Source: Escherichia coli (GTDB taxonomy: Bacteria > Pseudomonadota > Gammaproteobacteria > Enterobacterales > Enterobacteriaceae). From it: 64,000 bases of DNA. The position numbers and the translations under genes are program-made. Positions 29,531-39,024 of the stretch are shown in pieces (within the stretch, counting starts at the first letter, position 1; every line of letters starts with the position of its first letter). The stretch lies in NCBI RefSeq assembly GCF_041886205.1, contig NZ_CP169031.1. One strand, written 5' to 3'. The notes under the pieces were generated by a model. That model made no database searches, was not told where the DNA came from, and worked only from the letters and a program-made list of their open reading frames with translations.

Positions 29531-30064
29531 TCATTCAGGTTGTTCGGGAAATGTTACTGGCAGGCTGGAGGTGTCTGTAGATTCGACTTTCTGCGCATAG
29601 AGCATCCACTCAGTTAATTTTTGTTTATTCTCGTCGGAAATGATGCCCAGCCGTAGCTGTGAGTCCCATAGCTGGGTTTTATCCCTGACAAGTTGCAACA
29701 GGCTTTGTTTTTCATTCTCTGCCTGCTGCCTTTGTTCCTCCTCGGTATAAGTTCGCTTTATCACTACGCCATCTTTGAACATCCATTTACCCGAAATATC
29801 AGCCCGGCGATTTGCTGTAATATCAGGAACCTCAACGACGCTTGCGCCTTCTGGATTAATTGCTGAAACATCCTTTTCAATACAAATAATAACGTCGTTG
29901 TGGTCATAGACCATTTTCAACGTATCAGGCTGAAAGTTCTTTTGTTCCTCATACCAGTTTTTCCCATCCTCTGTATAAAGCCATTTGATGTTAAATTGTT
30001 TCGTTAGCTGGTATTGCTCTTTTGTTTTAGGGTTGCCAGCAGTAATGTTTTTTAAGTGCATCAT
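29531..30064 (-). CDS. U': Alternative tail fibre assembly protein U'
   Basis: 177 aa, paralogue of U in inverted orientation. Confidence 0.7.
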   Translation of the reverse strand: MMHLKNITAGNPKTKEQYQLTKQFNIKWLYTEDGKNWYEEQKNFQPDTLKMVYDHNDVIICIEKDVSAINPEGASVVEVPDITANRRADISGKWMFKDGVVIKRTYTEEEQRQQAENEKQSLLQLVRDKTQLWDSQLRLGIISDENKQKLTEWMLYAQKVESTDTSSLPVTFPEQPE

Positions 30065-30066
30065 CG

Positions 30067-31590
30067 TTAAATACTCCCCGCGTTATACCACGTCCCATTA
30101 ATGCAATACTGAATTGGCCTTGCCTGAGTTGTATCAATTAATTCATCACGGTTTCCGTTAACTGAACCTGTAACGACATAACCTGACCTGTCAGACCAGC
30201 CGGGACCATTCCATGTCTGAACAGATGACAGACCGCCCAGGCGAATACCTGTAATAAACCTTGAGTTACATTCTGCCTGCGTATATGCACCAACATCCCC
30301 CGCAGAGGGTTTGCGGGTTGTGGTGTAAAACTCTGACCAGTTAGCTTCAAAGCCATAACCATCACGCGCTGAACGATAAAAGATACCGCCGTTCTTATAA
30401 TTCACGCGGAACTGTACAGCAGGGCAACTCCCCGCATTCATATTGAAGTGGAGGATTAATGTCGATGCGCCACTGATATCTGCATCATAAACGCCGCTAT
30501 TCCAGTTCCAGCCAACAGCTTTATCATTTGCAACCCTGCTTCCTGTTTGCCCTAAAGCAAATGCAGGCTGCTGGTTTTTCGTGTTGTAGTCTCTTCGCCA
30601 GCCAGGAGCATAAGCATCACCATGATTAATATAAGTGAATTGAGCGTTAGTAATTCCGCCACCGCTGGACGTGCTCGGCGTAGTAACGCGTATGGTCATT
30701 GCGCCGCGAGTGCCAATAACTTCCACCACAGCACCTGCAAGACAAATATTTCCGCAACCTGTATCTGTAATGACCTTATTATTTGCATAAGCCCATGAGC
30801 CTTTGCACATCCAGTAAGGATGGTTAAATGCTCCCTGACTCTCCAGCCACGAAATAAATTGCGCGGTTGTCCAGACCTGACTATCGCCACCAATATTCAG
30901 CCATGCGCTATATGCGCGGCAGGCACCAATATTTTTGGTGAAGGTATCTTTTCCCGGAATATCTGCGCCGTTCTGGTTTTTCTGTAATGCTCCTGCGGCT
31001 AATTCTACAGTTTGCTCAAGATTTAAATCTGCCGCCGTTAGCTCAATATTTTTAGAACCGTCAAACGAGACACCGTTGATAGTACACGCCGTCTGCAATT
31101 TGGTCGCTGTAGCCGCATTACCAGAGGTGTCCTGATTCCCTTTGGTATTAACGCCGGGAACGGAATCTTTTGACGTATAGATCTGTGCCCATTCGGACCA
31201 TGCCGCAGCAGTGCTATCTCTTTTGGATCGAATGAAAGCTGGTGCATGAGCGCCATTTGTGCCACTCCAGCCAATGAGCAACTCGCCTTCACCAGTGGAT
31301 GCAGCTCCCTTCAGGTGAAGTACATTCCCGTAAGTCGTCGGATAACCATTGTTGTATGCCTCATACATCTGCAATCCAGTAGCAGCACCTAGCGTTGTAC
31401 CGGTAAGCGCAGTAACGCGTCCTCTAGACGTAATTGTTGGTATCGAAATGTTCGTAGAACCATCGAATCTGACGCCATTAATGTTTATGGCTGTTTTTAA
31501 TTTCGTCGCGGTGTCGGCGTTCCCTGTCAGCGCCCCGGTGATCCCGCCGTTAAAAGTCTGGCGCGCACTCCATGTGTTAGCCGTGCTCAA
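30067..31590 (-). CDS. Sv': Alternative tail fibre variable part Sv'
   Basis: 507 aa; N-terminus (STANTWSARQ.FNGGITGALTGNADTATKLKTA) matches the Sv entry region; the frame stays open through cixR, so it would fuse to Sc after inversion. Confidence 0.7.
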   Translation of the reverse strand: MSTANTWSARQTFNGGITGALTGNADTATKLKTAININGVRFDGSTNISIPTITSRGRVTALTGTTLGAATGLQMYEAYNNGYPTTYGNVLHLKGAASTGEGELLIGWSGTNGAHAPAFIRSKRDSTAAAWSEWAQIYTSKDSVPGVNTKGNQDTSGNAATATKLQTACTINGVSFDGSKNIELTAADLNLEQTVELAAGALQKNQNGADIPGKDTFTKNIGACRAYSAWLNIGGDSQVWTTAQFISWLESQGAFNHPYWMCKGSWAYANNKVITDTGCGNICLAGAVVEVIGTRGAMTIRVTTPSTSSGGGITNAQFTYINHGDAYAPGWRRDYNTKNQQPAFALGQTGSRVANDKAVGWNWNSGVYDADISGASTLILHFNMNAGSCPAVQFRVNYKNGGIFYRSARDGYGFEANWSEFYTTTRKPSAGDVGAYTQAECNSRFITGIRLGGLSSVQTWNGPGWSDRSGYVVTGSVNGNRDELIDTTQARPIQYCINGTWYNAGSI

Positions 31591-31620
31591 CAGGGGGATC
31601 TTTTCACCACTGGTACCGAG

Positions 31621-31646
31621 TTCTCTTAAACCAAGGTTTAGGATTG
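31621..31646. promoter_or_regulatory. cixR recombination site for Cin
   Basis: ttctcttaaaccaaggtttaggattg, inverted partner of cixL; overlaps the cin 3' end. Confidence 0.6.
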
Positions 31647-32198
31647 AAATGACGACGCCGGAAACTTCTTATAAAGCGTGGAAACAGCCACATCATAGAT
31701 GATTGCAACCTGCTTACGGGGGATGCCATTCTCCAGCAATCGCCGCATTTGCTGCCATGTTTCTTCTTGGTATTTAGGCCGACGTCCACCTATACGACCT
31801 TCTGCGCGAGCTGCATCAAGTCCAGCGCGTGTACGTTCAACGATAAGCTCACGTTCCATTTCTGCCAGCGCTCCCATTACGTGAAAGAAAAAGCGCCCCA
31901 TTGGTGTACTGGTGTCGATAGAGTCAGTGAGACTCCGGAAATTAATTCCTCTGTCACGCAGCTCTTCCACCAGCACAACCAAGTGACGCATGCTGCGCCC
32001 AAGACGATCTAACTTCCATACGACCAGGGTGTCACCTCTGGAAAGCATACGCAAAACCTTTTTTAGCCCAGGGCGTTCAGTCTGTTTGCCGCTCGCCTTA
32101 TCCTCAAAAATTAGCTCACATCCTGCGCTTTCAAGGGCATTTCGTTGCAAAGCAGTGTTTTGTTCATTTGTTGATACGCGTACATAGCCGATCAGCAT
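31638..32198 (-). CDS. cin: Cin DNA invertase (serine recombinase)
   Basis: 186 aa from MLIGYVRVSTNEQ (serine recombinase active-site motif); the track ORF extends further upstream but has no RBS there. Confidence 0.85.
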   Translation of the reverse strand: MLIGYVRVSTNEQNTALQRNALESAGCELIFEDKASGKQTERPGLKKVLRMLSRGDTLVVWKLDRLGRSMRHLVVLVEELRDRGINFRSLTDSIDTSTPMGRFFFHVMGALAEMERELIVERTRAGLDAARAEGRIGGRRPKYQEETWQQMRRLLENGIPRKQVAIIYDVAVSTLYKKFPASSFQS

Positions 32199-32261
32199 GA
32201 TTTTTACTCTAACCGGCTCATTTAAACCGTCTGGTCTGTTTCCTCCGGCTCTACAAAAATA

Positions 32262-32939
32262 ATGTCCATCATTTTTAATGGACACTATCGTATGAAACAC
32301 CGGACCTGGATCACTGAAGCTTTACGTCTTCACTTTGAAGAACATTTACCCCGGGTTGTGGCCGGGCGTCGCCTGGGTGTACCAAAATCAACAGTTTGTA
32401 GTATGTTCGTGCGCTTTCGGAGAGCTGGCCTTTCGTGGCCTTTGCCCGCAGGCATGTCGGAGCAGGAACTTGATGCCTGCCTTTACGGACAATTTTCCAC
32501 GGTACCAGTCGTACGTCCTGAAAGCACCGTTATATCCGAAGCCCCCGTGGTAAAAAAACGTCCCCGGCGGCCCAACTTCCCTTATGAGTTTAAAATCGCC
32601 TTAGTGGAGCAGTCACTGCAGCCCGGAGCCTGTGTGGCGCAGATCGCCCGGGAAAACGGAATCAACGATAACCTGCTCTTCAACTGGCGCCATCAATACC
32701 GGAAAGGTGGCCTGCTGCCTTCCGGAAAAAATATGCCGGCACTGCTTCCCGTGACGTTAACGCCGGAGCCGGATAATAAAATCCCGGCCCCCGCACAGGA
32801 ACCAGAGCAGATAAATACACCGTCCGACAGTCTGTGTTGTGAGCTGGTTCTGCCGGCCGGAACTCTCAGGCTTAAAGGTAAACTGACGCCGGCGTTATTA
32901 CAGACACTTATCCGCGAAATAAAAGGGAGCAGCCACTGA
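32262..32939 (+). CDS. IS66-family accessory protein (orf1/TnpA-like) with N-terminal HTH extension
   Basis: C-terminal part (RRPNFPYEFKIALVEQSLQPGACVAQIARENGINDNLLFNWRHQYRKG) is IS66 orf1-like; the ~95 aa N-terminal part carries an HTH-like segment (GRRLGVPKSTV). Confidence 0.55.
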   Translation: MSIIFNGHYRMKHRTWITEALRLHFEEHLPRVVAGRRLGVPKSTVCSMFVRFRRAGLSWPLPAGMSEQELDACLYGQFSTVPVVRPESTVISEAPVVKKRPRRPNFPYEFKIALVEQSLQPGACVAQIARENGINDNLLFNWRHQYRKGGLLPSGKNMPALLPVTLTPEPDNKIPAPAQEPEQINTPSDSLCCELVLPAGTLRLKGKLTPALLQTLIREIKGSSH

Positions 32940-33286
32940 TGATATCTCTCCCTGCAGGTTCGCGTATCTGGCTGGTTGCAGGTATCACCGATATGCGAAA
33001 TGGCTTTAACGGCCTGGCATCAAAAGTTCAGAACGTCCTGAAGGATGACCCGTTCTCCGGACACCTGTTCATCTTCCGCGGACGCCGGGGTGACCAGATA
33101 AAAGTGTTGTGGGCTGACAGTGACGGACTGTGCCTCTTCACCAAACGCCTGGAGCGGGGCCGCTTCGTCTGGCCAGTCACCCGTGACGGCAAGGTGCACC
33201 TTACTCCGGCTCAGTTATCCATGCTTCTTGAAGGTATCAACTGGAAGCACCCGAAACGAACGGAACGCGCTGGAATCCGCATATAA
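32939..33286 (+). CDS. tnpB: IS66-family TnpB (orf2)
   Basis: 115 aa; start overlaps the orf1 stop (atga), typical of IS66. Confidence 0.75.
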   Translation: MISLPAGSRIWLVAGITDMRNGFNGLASKVQNVLKDDPFSGHLFIFRGRRGDQIKVLWADSDGLCLFTKRLERGRFVWPVTRDGKVHLTPAQLSMLLEGINWKHPKRTERAGIRI

Positions 33287-33305
33287 CCCGTTGTAAAGTG
33301 AGGAT

Positions 33306-34877
33306 ATGGACACCTCACTTGCTCATGAGAACGCCCGCCTGCGGGCACTGTTGCAGACGCAACAGGACACCATCCGCCAGATGGCTGAATACAACCGCCT
33401 GCTCTCACAGCGGGTGGCGGCTTATGCTTCCGAAATCAACCGGCTGAAGGCGCTGGTTGCGAAACTGCAACGTATGCAGTTCGGTAAAAGCTCAGAAAAA
33501 CTTCGTGCAAAAACCGAACGGCAGATACAGGAAGCACAGGAGCGAATCAGCGCACTTCAGGAAGAAATGGCGGAAACGCTGGGTGAGCAATATGACCCGG
33601 TACTGCCATCCGCCCTGCGCCAGTCTTCAGCCCGTAAACCGTTACCGGCCTCACTTCCCCGTGAAACCCGGGTTATCCGGCCGGAAGAGGAATGCTGTCC
33701 TGCCTGTGGTGGTGAACTCAGTTCTCTGGGATGTGATGTGTCAGAGCAACTGGAGCTTATCAGCAGCGCCTTTAAGGTTATCGAAACACAACGTCCGAAA
33801 CAGGCCTGTTGCCGGTGCGACCATATCGTGCAGGCACCAGTACCTTCAAAACCCATTGCACGCAGTTATGCCGGAGCGGGGCTTCTGGCCCATGTTGTCA
33901 CCGGGAAATATGCAGACCATCTGCCGTTATACCGCCAGTCAGAAATATACCGTCGTCAGGGAGTGGAGCTGAGCCGTGCCACACTGGGGCGCTGGACAGG
34001 TGCTGTTGCTGAACTGCTGGAGCCGCTGTATGACGTCCTGCGCCAGTATGTGCTGATGCCCGGTAAAGTCCATGCTGATGATATCCCCGTCCCGGTCCAG
34101 GAGCCGGGCAGCGGTAAAACCCGGACAGCCCGGCTGTGGGTCTACGTCCGTGATGACCGTAACGCCGGTTCACAGATGCCCCCGGCGGTCTGGTTCGCGT
34201 ACAGTCCGGACCGGAAAGGTATCCATCCACAAAATCACCTGGCCGGTTACAGCGGTGTGCTTCAGGCCGATGCTTACGGTGGTTACCGGGCGTTATACGA
34301 ATCCGGCAGAATAACGGAAGCCGCGTGTATGGCTCATGCCCGGAGAAAAATCCACGATGTGCATGCAAGAGCGTCCACCTACATCACCACGGAAGCCCTG
34401 CAGCGTATCGGTGAACTGTATGCCATCGAGGCAGAGGTCCGGGGCTGTTCAGCAGAACAGCGTCTGGCGGCAAGAAAAGCCAGAGCCGCGCCACTGATGC
34501 AGTCACTGTATGACTGGATACAGCAACAGATGAAAACACTGTCGCGTCACTCAGATACGGCAAAAGCGTTCGCATACCTGCTGAAACAGTGGGATGCACT
34601 GAACGTGTACTGCAGTAATGGCTGGGTGGAAATCGACAACAACATCGCAGAGAACGCCTTACGGGGAGTGGCCGTAGGCCGGAAAAACTGGATGTTCGCG
34701 GGTTCCGACAGCGGTGGTGAACATGCGGCGGTGTTGTACTCGCTGATCGGCACATGCCGTCTGAACAATGTGGAGCCAGAAAAGTGGCTGCGTTACGTCA
34801 TTGAACATATCCAGGACTGGCCGGCAAACCGGGTACGCGATCTGTTGCCCTGGAAAGTTGATCTGAGCTCTCAGTAA
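33306..34877 (+). CDS. IS66-family transposase (orf3)
   Basis: 523 aa with coiled-coil N-terminus and Cys-rich zinc-binding motif (CPACGG...CCRCDH), typical of IS66 transposases. Confidence 0.8.
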   Translation: MDTSLAHENARLRALLQTQQDTIRQMAEYNRLLSQRVAAYASEINRLKALVAKLQRMQFGKSSEKLRAKTERQIQEAQERISALQEEMAETLGEQYDPVLPSALRQSSARKPLPASLPRETRVIRPEEECCPACGGELSSLGCDVSEQLELISSAFKVIETQRPKQACCRCDHIVQAPVPSKPIARSYAGAGLLAHVVTGKYADHLPLYRQSEIYRRQGVELSRATLGRWTGAVAELLEPLYDVLRQYVLMPGKVHADDIPVPVQEPGSGKTRTARLWVYVRDDRNAGSQMPPAVWFAYSPDRKGIHPQNHLAGYSGVLQADAYGGYRALYESGRITEAACMAHARRKIHDVHARASTYITTEALQRIGELYAIEAEVRGCSAEQRLAARKARAAPLMQSLYDWIQQQMKTLSRHSDTAKAFAYLLKQWDALNVYCSNGWVEIDNNIAENALRGVAVGRKNWMFAGSDSGGEHAAVLYSLIGTCRLNNVEPEKWLRYVIEHIQDWPANRVRDLLPWKVDLSSQ

Positions 34878-35025
34878 ATATCAATACGGTTCTGACGAGT
34901 CGCTTACTTTTACTCTAATGCGTTGTTCTTATGAGTCTGCGAATTTTAAAGAACAAAGCGTTATGCACAGAAATAACAATCTGAATAGGTTCCTGCTTGA
35001 TTTTTGTTAGATCCGGGAGGAGCTT

Positions 35026-35310
35026 ATGCAGATTTTGATTTTTTTAATGTCCATTATTAGTGGAACCTATTTATTTCTTACTGGAGTTAGGCGTGGAGCT
35101 TATAAGCCATGTTTTTTACATTGGCTTGAAGCATGGCTGCTTGCCATAAAAGGTGGTTTTGTTGGTTTTTGTCTTGCAGAAGTTCAGTGGGGAAACTCAT
35201 TTTTGGATGTGGTTGCTTTTTTGATATGTAGTTGGAATAGCCATTTTGTATTAAGAATAACCAAAATATGGGTTTTTCACTTGATTTACGAATGTATTGG
35301 CAAATTATGA
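35026..35310 (+). CDS. Small hydrophobic membrane protein (possible holin-like)
   Basis: 94 aa with 2-3 predicted TM segments; strong RBS (gggaggag); just upstream of lydA. Confidence 0.35.
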   Translation: MQILIFLMSIISGTYLFLTGVRRGAYKPCFLHWLEAWLLAIKGGFVGFCLAEVQWGNSFLDVVAFLICSWNSHFVLRITKIWVFHLIYECIGKL

Positions 35311-35370
35311 ACAACCAGATGAGAAGTTACTTTGCATACCATTACCTCCTGACAACGTAGGAGGGAACTT

Positions 35371-35700
35371 GTGCTTGACACACAGGAATTAGCTCCAGTT
35401 GCTATTGCGCTCCTGCTTTCAGTAATTGGTGGGATAGGCACGTTCCTGATGGATGTCCGAGACGGTCGCCAGTCTGGCAATTTGTTGGGATTGGTTACGG
35501 AGATCTTTGTTGCAGTGACAGCTGGCGCGGTGGCGTACCTATTGGGGCAACACGAGGGCTGGGAGTTATCAATTACGTACTTAATGGTAACGATAGCCAG
35601 CAATAACGGTCATGAGGTGATTTCAGGGATGAAACGAGTGAATATCGATAGCATTCTGAATGTTCTTACAAGTTTGGTGAAAAAGGGAGGCGGGAAATGA
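35371..35700 (+). CDS. lydA: Holin LydA
   Basis: 109 aa with two TM segments and a charged C-terminus; first gene of the lyd-dar operon. Confidence 0.7.
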   Translation: MLDTQELAPVAIALLLSVIGGIGTFLMDVRDGRQSGNLLGLVTEIFVAVTAGAVAYLLGQHEGWELSITYLMVTIASNNGHEVISGMKRVNIDSILNVLTSLVKKGGGK

Positions 35701-36140
35701 TTGGCTGGGGTGTATGCGTTCTTGCGTTAGCCTTAGCCGATCGCTATTTGCTAAAACGCAAGGACATCACGCATTTAGAACTTGGTGATGTGGAAATTAA
35801 ACCGGGTTTCATCCGGGTGCCGTTCAAATACCGGTCTAAATTCCCGTTTTTGCGCGGCGCAACGGTCAGATATTGGATCCGCGATGTTCAGAAGCCAACG
35901 ACAGTGATTGAAGGCGAACAACGTTGTCTGACGTCGGCTGAACAGGGCGAAAACAGTGAATGGTTGTACATACCCACTGAATATATGGGTAAAGGAGAAC
36001 GGCTGTGGCATTTCAACGTCATGGTTACGCATGGCGACTCGTTCATTAACCCGTTGTATCGGATTTTCCCTGTTACTCAGCAAATCCGCAGAAGTTACGT
36101 AATAAATCTCGCACAGGATGTGTCAGATGACGAAAAATAA
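35697..36140 (+). CDS. lydB: Antiholin LydB
   Basis: 147 aa, overlapping the lydA stop. Confidence 0.6.
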   Translation: MIGWGVCVLALALADRYLLKRKDITHLELGDVEIKPGFIRVPFKYRSKFPFLRGATVRYWIRDVQKPTTVIEGEQRCLTSAEQGENSEWLYIPTEYMGKGERLWHFNVMVTHGDSFINPLYRIFPVTQQIRRSYVINLAQDVSDDEK

Positions 36141-36729
36141 GTATGCAACGGTCGATTTTGACCAGGTTAATGAAAAGGGGCTGAAATCCCTTATCGCGGC
36201 GATCAATAAAACCGGTGTTACGGTAATTGAGGTTGACTCCAGCAACCGCGCAACAACGAAAGATGGCGTTAAAGTTAAAACCGCAAAGCTGGTTCTTAAC
36301 GACGGACAAATTCTTGCCATACAGGTAAACGATACTGGCGATATATCGTCTGTGAGGCTGAATGGAAAAGCTATTCCTAACGCTCAGTCGCCGGATATCA
36401 AGACGCTTGGTACCGTCATGGGGCAAGCGGCCCGCAAAAACTCCGCAAAATTCCAGAAATCACTGATCGCCAAAGCGAAACGTGTTGCCAATCCGGTAGA
36501 CAAGAAACCGGCAGTAAAATCCAACTTTCAGCGCCTGCAAGAGGCAAAACAGCGGAATGCTCAGGTGGTTGCCGCTTATAAATCAGCGCAGAACTCGGTG
36601 TCTTTCAATCAACAGCAGATCACTGATTTGCGGGCGAAGCTGGATAAGGAGACAGGCCGACTCAATAACGAAAAGGCCCGAAATGGCGAACTCAAACGCC
36701 GTCTTAAGCAACTGAAAGCAGGAAATTAA
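36118..36729 (+). CDS. hdf: Hdf, homologue of a DarA fragment
   Basis: 203 aa; an internal segment (...ARKNSAKFQKS...) parallels the DarA segment (...AEKNSAKFQRA...). Confidence 0.6.
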   Translation: MCQMTKNKYATVDFDQVNEKGLKSLIAAINKTGVTVIEVDSSNRATTKDGVKVKTAKLVLNDGQILAIQVNDTGDISSVRLNGKAIPNAQSPDIKTLGTVMGQAARKNSAKFQKSLIAKAKRVANPVDKKPAVKSNFQRLQEAKQRNAQVVAAYKSAQNSVSFNQQQITDLRAKLDKETGRLNNEKARNGELKRRLKQLKAGN

Positions 36730-36730
36730 C

Positions 36731-38650
36731 ATGGAACAGTTCAATATCAATAAAGGGGTGACGATCAAACCTGGGCTTGACGTGCTTCCCCCGCCAGTGA
36801 CTGATGATGAATATCGCGCATTAATGGCCGGTGAGGACCGCTATCTGATGACGGAATCCAACACCCTGGAGGAAATCGAGGCTACGTTCTTCTATGACAC
36901 GCCGATCCACTGGTGTGCTACGGATTTACTGGAGGCGATTAGTTCTACTCGTTTGCAGCTACACCGGACCATGCAGGCATTTGTCCGGGCATTGAACCAG
37001 AAGCTGAATGGTACCGGAATCTCTGCGGGGAGTGATAAAACGGGGGATGTGGCCCAGAACGGTGCACGCGCGATCGGCGGGGCTGAAATTGGCCGGGCAC
37101 GTAACGTTAACGGGCTGCCGGTCCTGCCAGCCATTATTCCGCTCAGTGATGGTCAGACTATCAGCATTCTGTTTCATAGCCCGACAGCGGAAAACCGGAT
37201 CACCAATAGCGATACGCTGATTGCTTTCCAGTTCTTACTGAATAAAAAAGACGTTACTCATACCGTTGCTCCGATGAGTGGACGTGATATGACGCTGGCG
37301 CAGGTCACCATGAAACTTGCCAACCTTGCAGAGAAAAACTCGGCAAAATTCCAGCGTGCGCAGAAGAAGAAAAAAGCCCTGGTTGATGAAATAACCCAAC
37401 TACAGGCTGACAGTGACCAGAAAGAGGATGCCATGAGCGACCTCGCGGATCAGGTGGCAGCGGTAGAAGGGCAGAAGGTAGATCTGGAGCAGAAAATTAA
37501 CGCTGTTGCATCGGAAGCGGATTCTCTTTATGAAGAGAATGAGCGTTTGCAGACGGAGATTGATCAGCTCAATCGAACTGGTGGGCGCGAAACCATTGCT
37601 CCTGCGGGGATGACTGGTGGACACTCTCGCGCGATGACGGATCGCCTTGCAAGTATCAAAAATCGTATGCATATGAACGGGGAAGTGACGCTCAGTAATG
37701 GTGCATCAATGAAGCAATTCATTGAGGACGGTGAAGGGTATATCCAGTTAACCGATTCGGATGGCAGCGTGTACATGATCAAGGCTAAATCCATACAGGG
37801 TGTGGACATGGCAGATGCGATCGGCAAGCTGTTTAAAGCCTATAAAGCGGGTAATGTATCGGAATACCTGGTCCAACCAGAAGAACATAAACCGGAAAAC
37901 GTCGAACCTGAACCAGCGGAGGATACCGGTAGCTCTTCGCCTGAACCAGAAATCTCTGTAGGTGCATATCGATATGCCCTGCAAATGCGTCCGGCGGCCC
38001 CTGGCGCAATACCTGAAGGTAACAAAGCAATTCTGCCGCGCCCTGATGAAGGTGACCCGTATTATGAATATGCACGCTACGGCATTGCTACTTACGATAC
38101 CCCGCTTTCTGATCAGCAAATGAGTGAGTACGACCTGAAGTTATTGCCTCGCGAGGATTCTTTCGACTTCTTGGCGAAGACACTTACTAATGGTCCGTTT
38201 GGCAAATATGCACAAAAAGCTCTGGAGCTGGCCACCAGCTCACCAGACGAGTTCCGCGTAATGCTGAAAACTCAGTTTCAAAAAACTTTCCCCAATATTG
38301 CGTTTCCGGGGGGCGCTGGCACCGAGAAAATGGTGCAGAGCATGATCAATGCATTGCAGGCCGAAGTCGGTGAGATTACTCAGCCAGAACCTGCCCCGGC
38401 ACAGCCTGATGAAACGGTTAGCGAAGCAGATGCAGAGGCTAATAAAGCCATTGAATATCTCAATAACGTGATGGATATGCAAAGCACTGACATGGCGGAG
38501 ATCCGTAACGCCCGGGGTAATGTCCGGGAAGCGATTGCAGCCCTTCAGGCTGCCGGGCGTTTTGAGGAAAACGAAGAGCTGGTTAATGGCGCTGCTCGCC
38601 ACTTGGCTGATCTGCTGGTAGCAATCCAGAAAGCGGGGGTAGCGGCATGA
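36731..38650 (+). CDS. darA: DarA antirestriction head protein
   Basis: 639-aa ORF in the lydAB-hdf-darA arrangement; acidic, coiled-coil-rich. Confidence 0.7.
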   Translation: MEQFNINKGVTIKPGLDVLPPPVTDDEYRALMAGEDRYLMTESNTLEEIEATFFYDTPIHWCATDLLEAISSTRLQLHRTMQAFVRALNQKLNGTGISAGSDKTGDVAQNGARAIGGAEIGRARNVNGLPVLPAIIPLSDGQTISILFHSPTAENRITNSDTLIAFQFLLNKKDVTHTVAPMSGRDMTLAQVTMKLANLAEKNSAKFQRAQKKKKALVDEITQLQADSDQKEDAMSDLADQVAAVEGQKVDLEQKINAVASEADSLYEENERLQTEIDQLNRTGGRETIAPAGMTGGHSRAMTDRLASIKNRMHMNGEVTLSNGASMKQFIEDGEGYIQLTDSDGSVYMIKAKSIQGVDMADAIGKLFKAYKAGNVSEYLVQPEEHKPENVEPEPAEDTGSSSPEPEISVGAYRYALQMRPAAPGAIPEGNKAILPRPDEGDPYYEYARYGIATYDTPLSDQQMSEYDLKLLPREDSFDFLAKTLTNGPFGKYAQKALELATSSPDEFRVMLKTQFQKTFPNIAFPGGAGTEKMVQSMINALQAEVGEITQPEPAPAQPDETVSEADAEANKAIEYLNNVMDMQSTDMAEIRNARGNVREAIAALQAAGRFEENEELVNGAARHLADLLVAIQKAGVAA

Positions 38651-39012
38651 CACTATCAGCTATTGAGTTAATGGATCTCAGCGATAAGTTGGATGCTTTG
38701 ATGTCCAAAGCGGCTACCGCGAGTGGCATGGAGTTGCTGGATATCAGCGATGAAATTGACCAGATCATGCAACAGATGGGGTACGGTGTGTCCGGCGGCA
38801 GTAGTGGCGAGGAAAAACAACCTTCGGTACATGATGGTGTGCCAAAACTGGTTGCTGATTTCCTGGCTGATAAATTCGTCGATCAGAGCACCGATGCATT
38901 TATCGGTACCTTGCAGGATTTGAGTCAATATGTTGGCACATACATCGACCTGGACCAGGTTAAACAGCACACGGCGGCATGGATAGCCGCCAACATTAAA
39001 GAGGCAGCATAA
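38647..39012 (+). CDS. ddrA: DdrA-like small protein of the dar operon
   Basis: 121-aa acidic ORF overlapping the darA stop. Confidence 0.5.
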   Translation: MTLSAIELMDLSDKLDALMSKAATASGMELLDISDEIDQIMQQMGYGVSGGSSGEEKQPSVHDGVPKLVADFLADKFVDQSTDAFIGTLQDLSQYVGTYIDLDQVKQHTAAWIAANIKEAA

Positions 39013-39024
39013 GGCGTAACAGGG

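Larger units (their letters stand above)
32210..34907 (+). mobile_element. IS66-family insertion sequence (~2.7 kb) with flanking direct repeat ttttactc(t)
   Basis: Three-ORF IS66 organisation; right end ...gtcgcttac; imperfect terminal inverted repeats (ctaaccggctcatttaaaccgt versus gtaagcgactcgtcagaaccgt); 8-9-bp direct repeat at 32202-32210 and 34908-34916. Confidence 0.7.

Noticed and set aside
31638-32300. Longer 220-aa version of cin starting at MFHTIV
   Set aside because: The extra 34 codons lie inside the IS66 left end; the serine-recombinase motif begins at MLIGYVRVSTNEQ, so the 186-aa form from 32198 is used.
33457-34755. Alternative-frame ORFs of 80-171 aa within the IS66 transposase gene
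   Set aside because: The GC-rich transposase gene is open in several frames; only the 523-aa frame has IS66 features.
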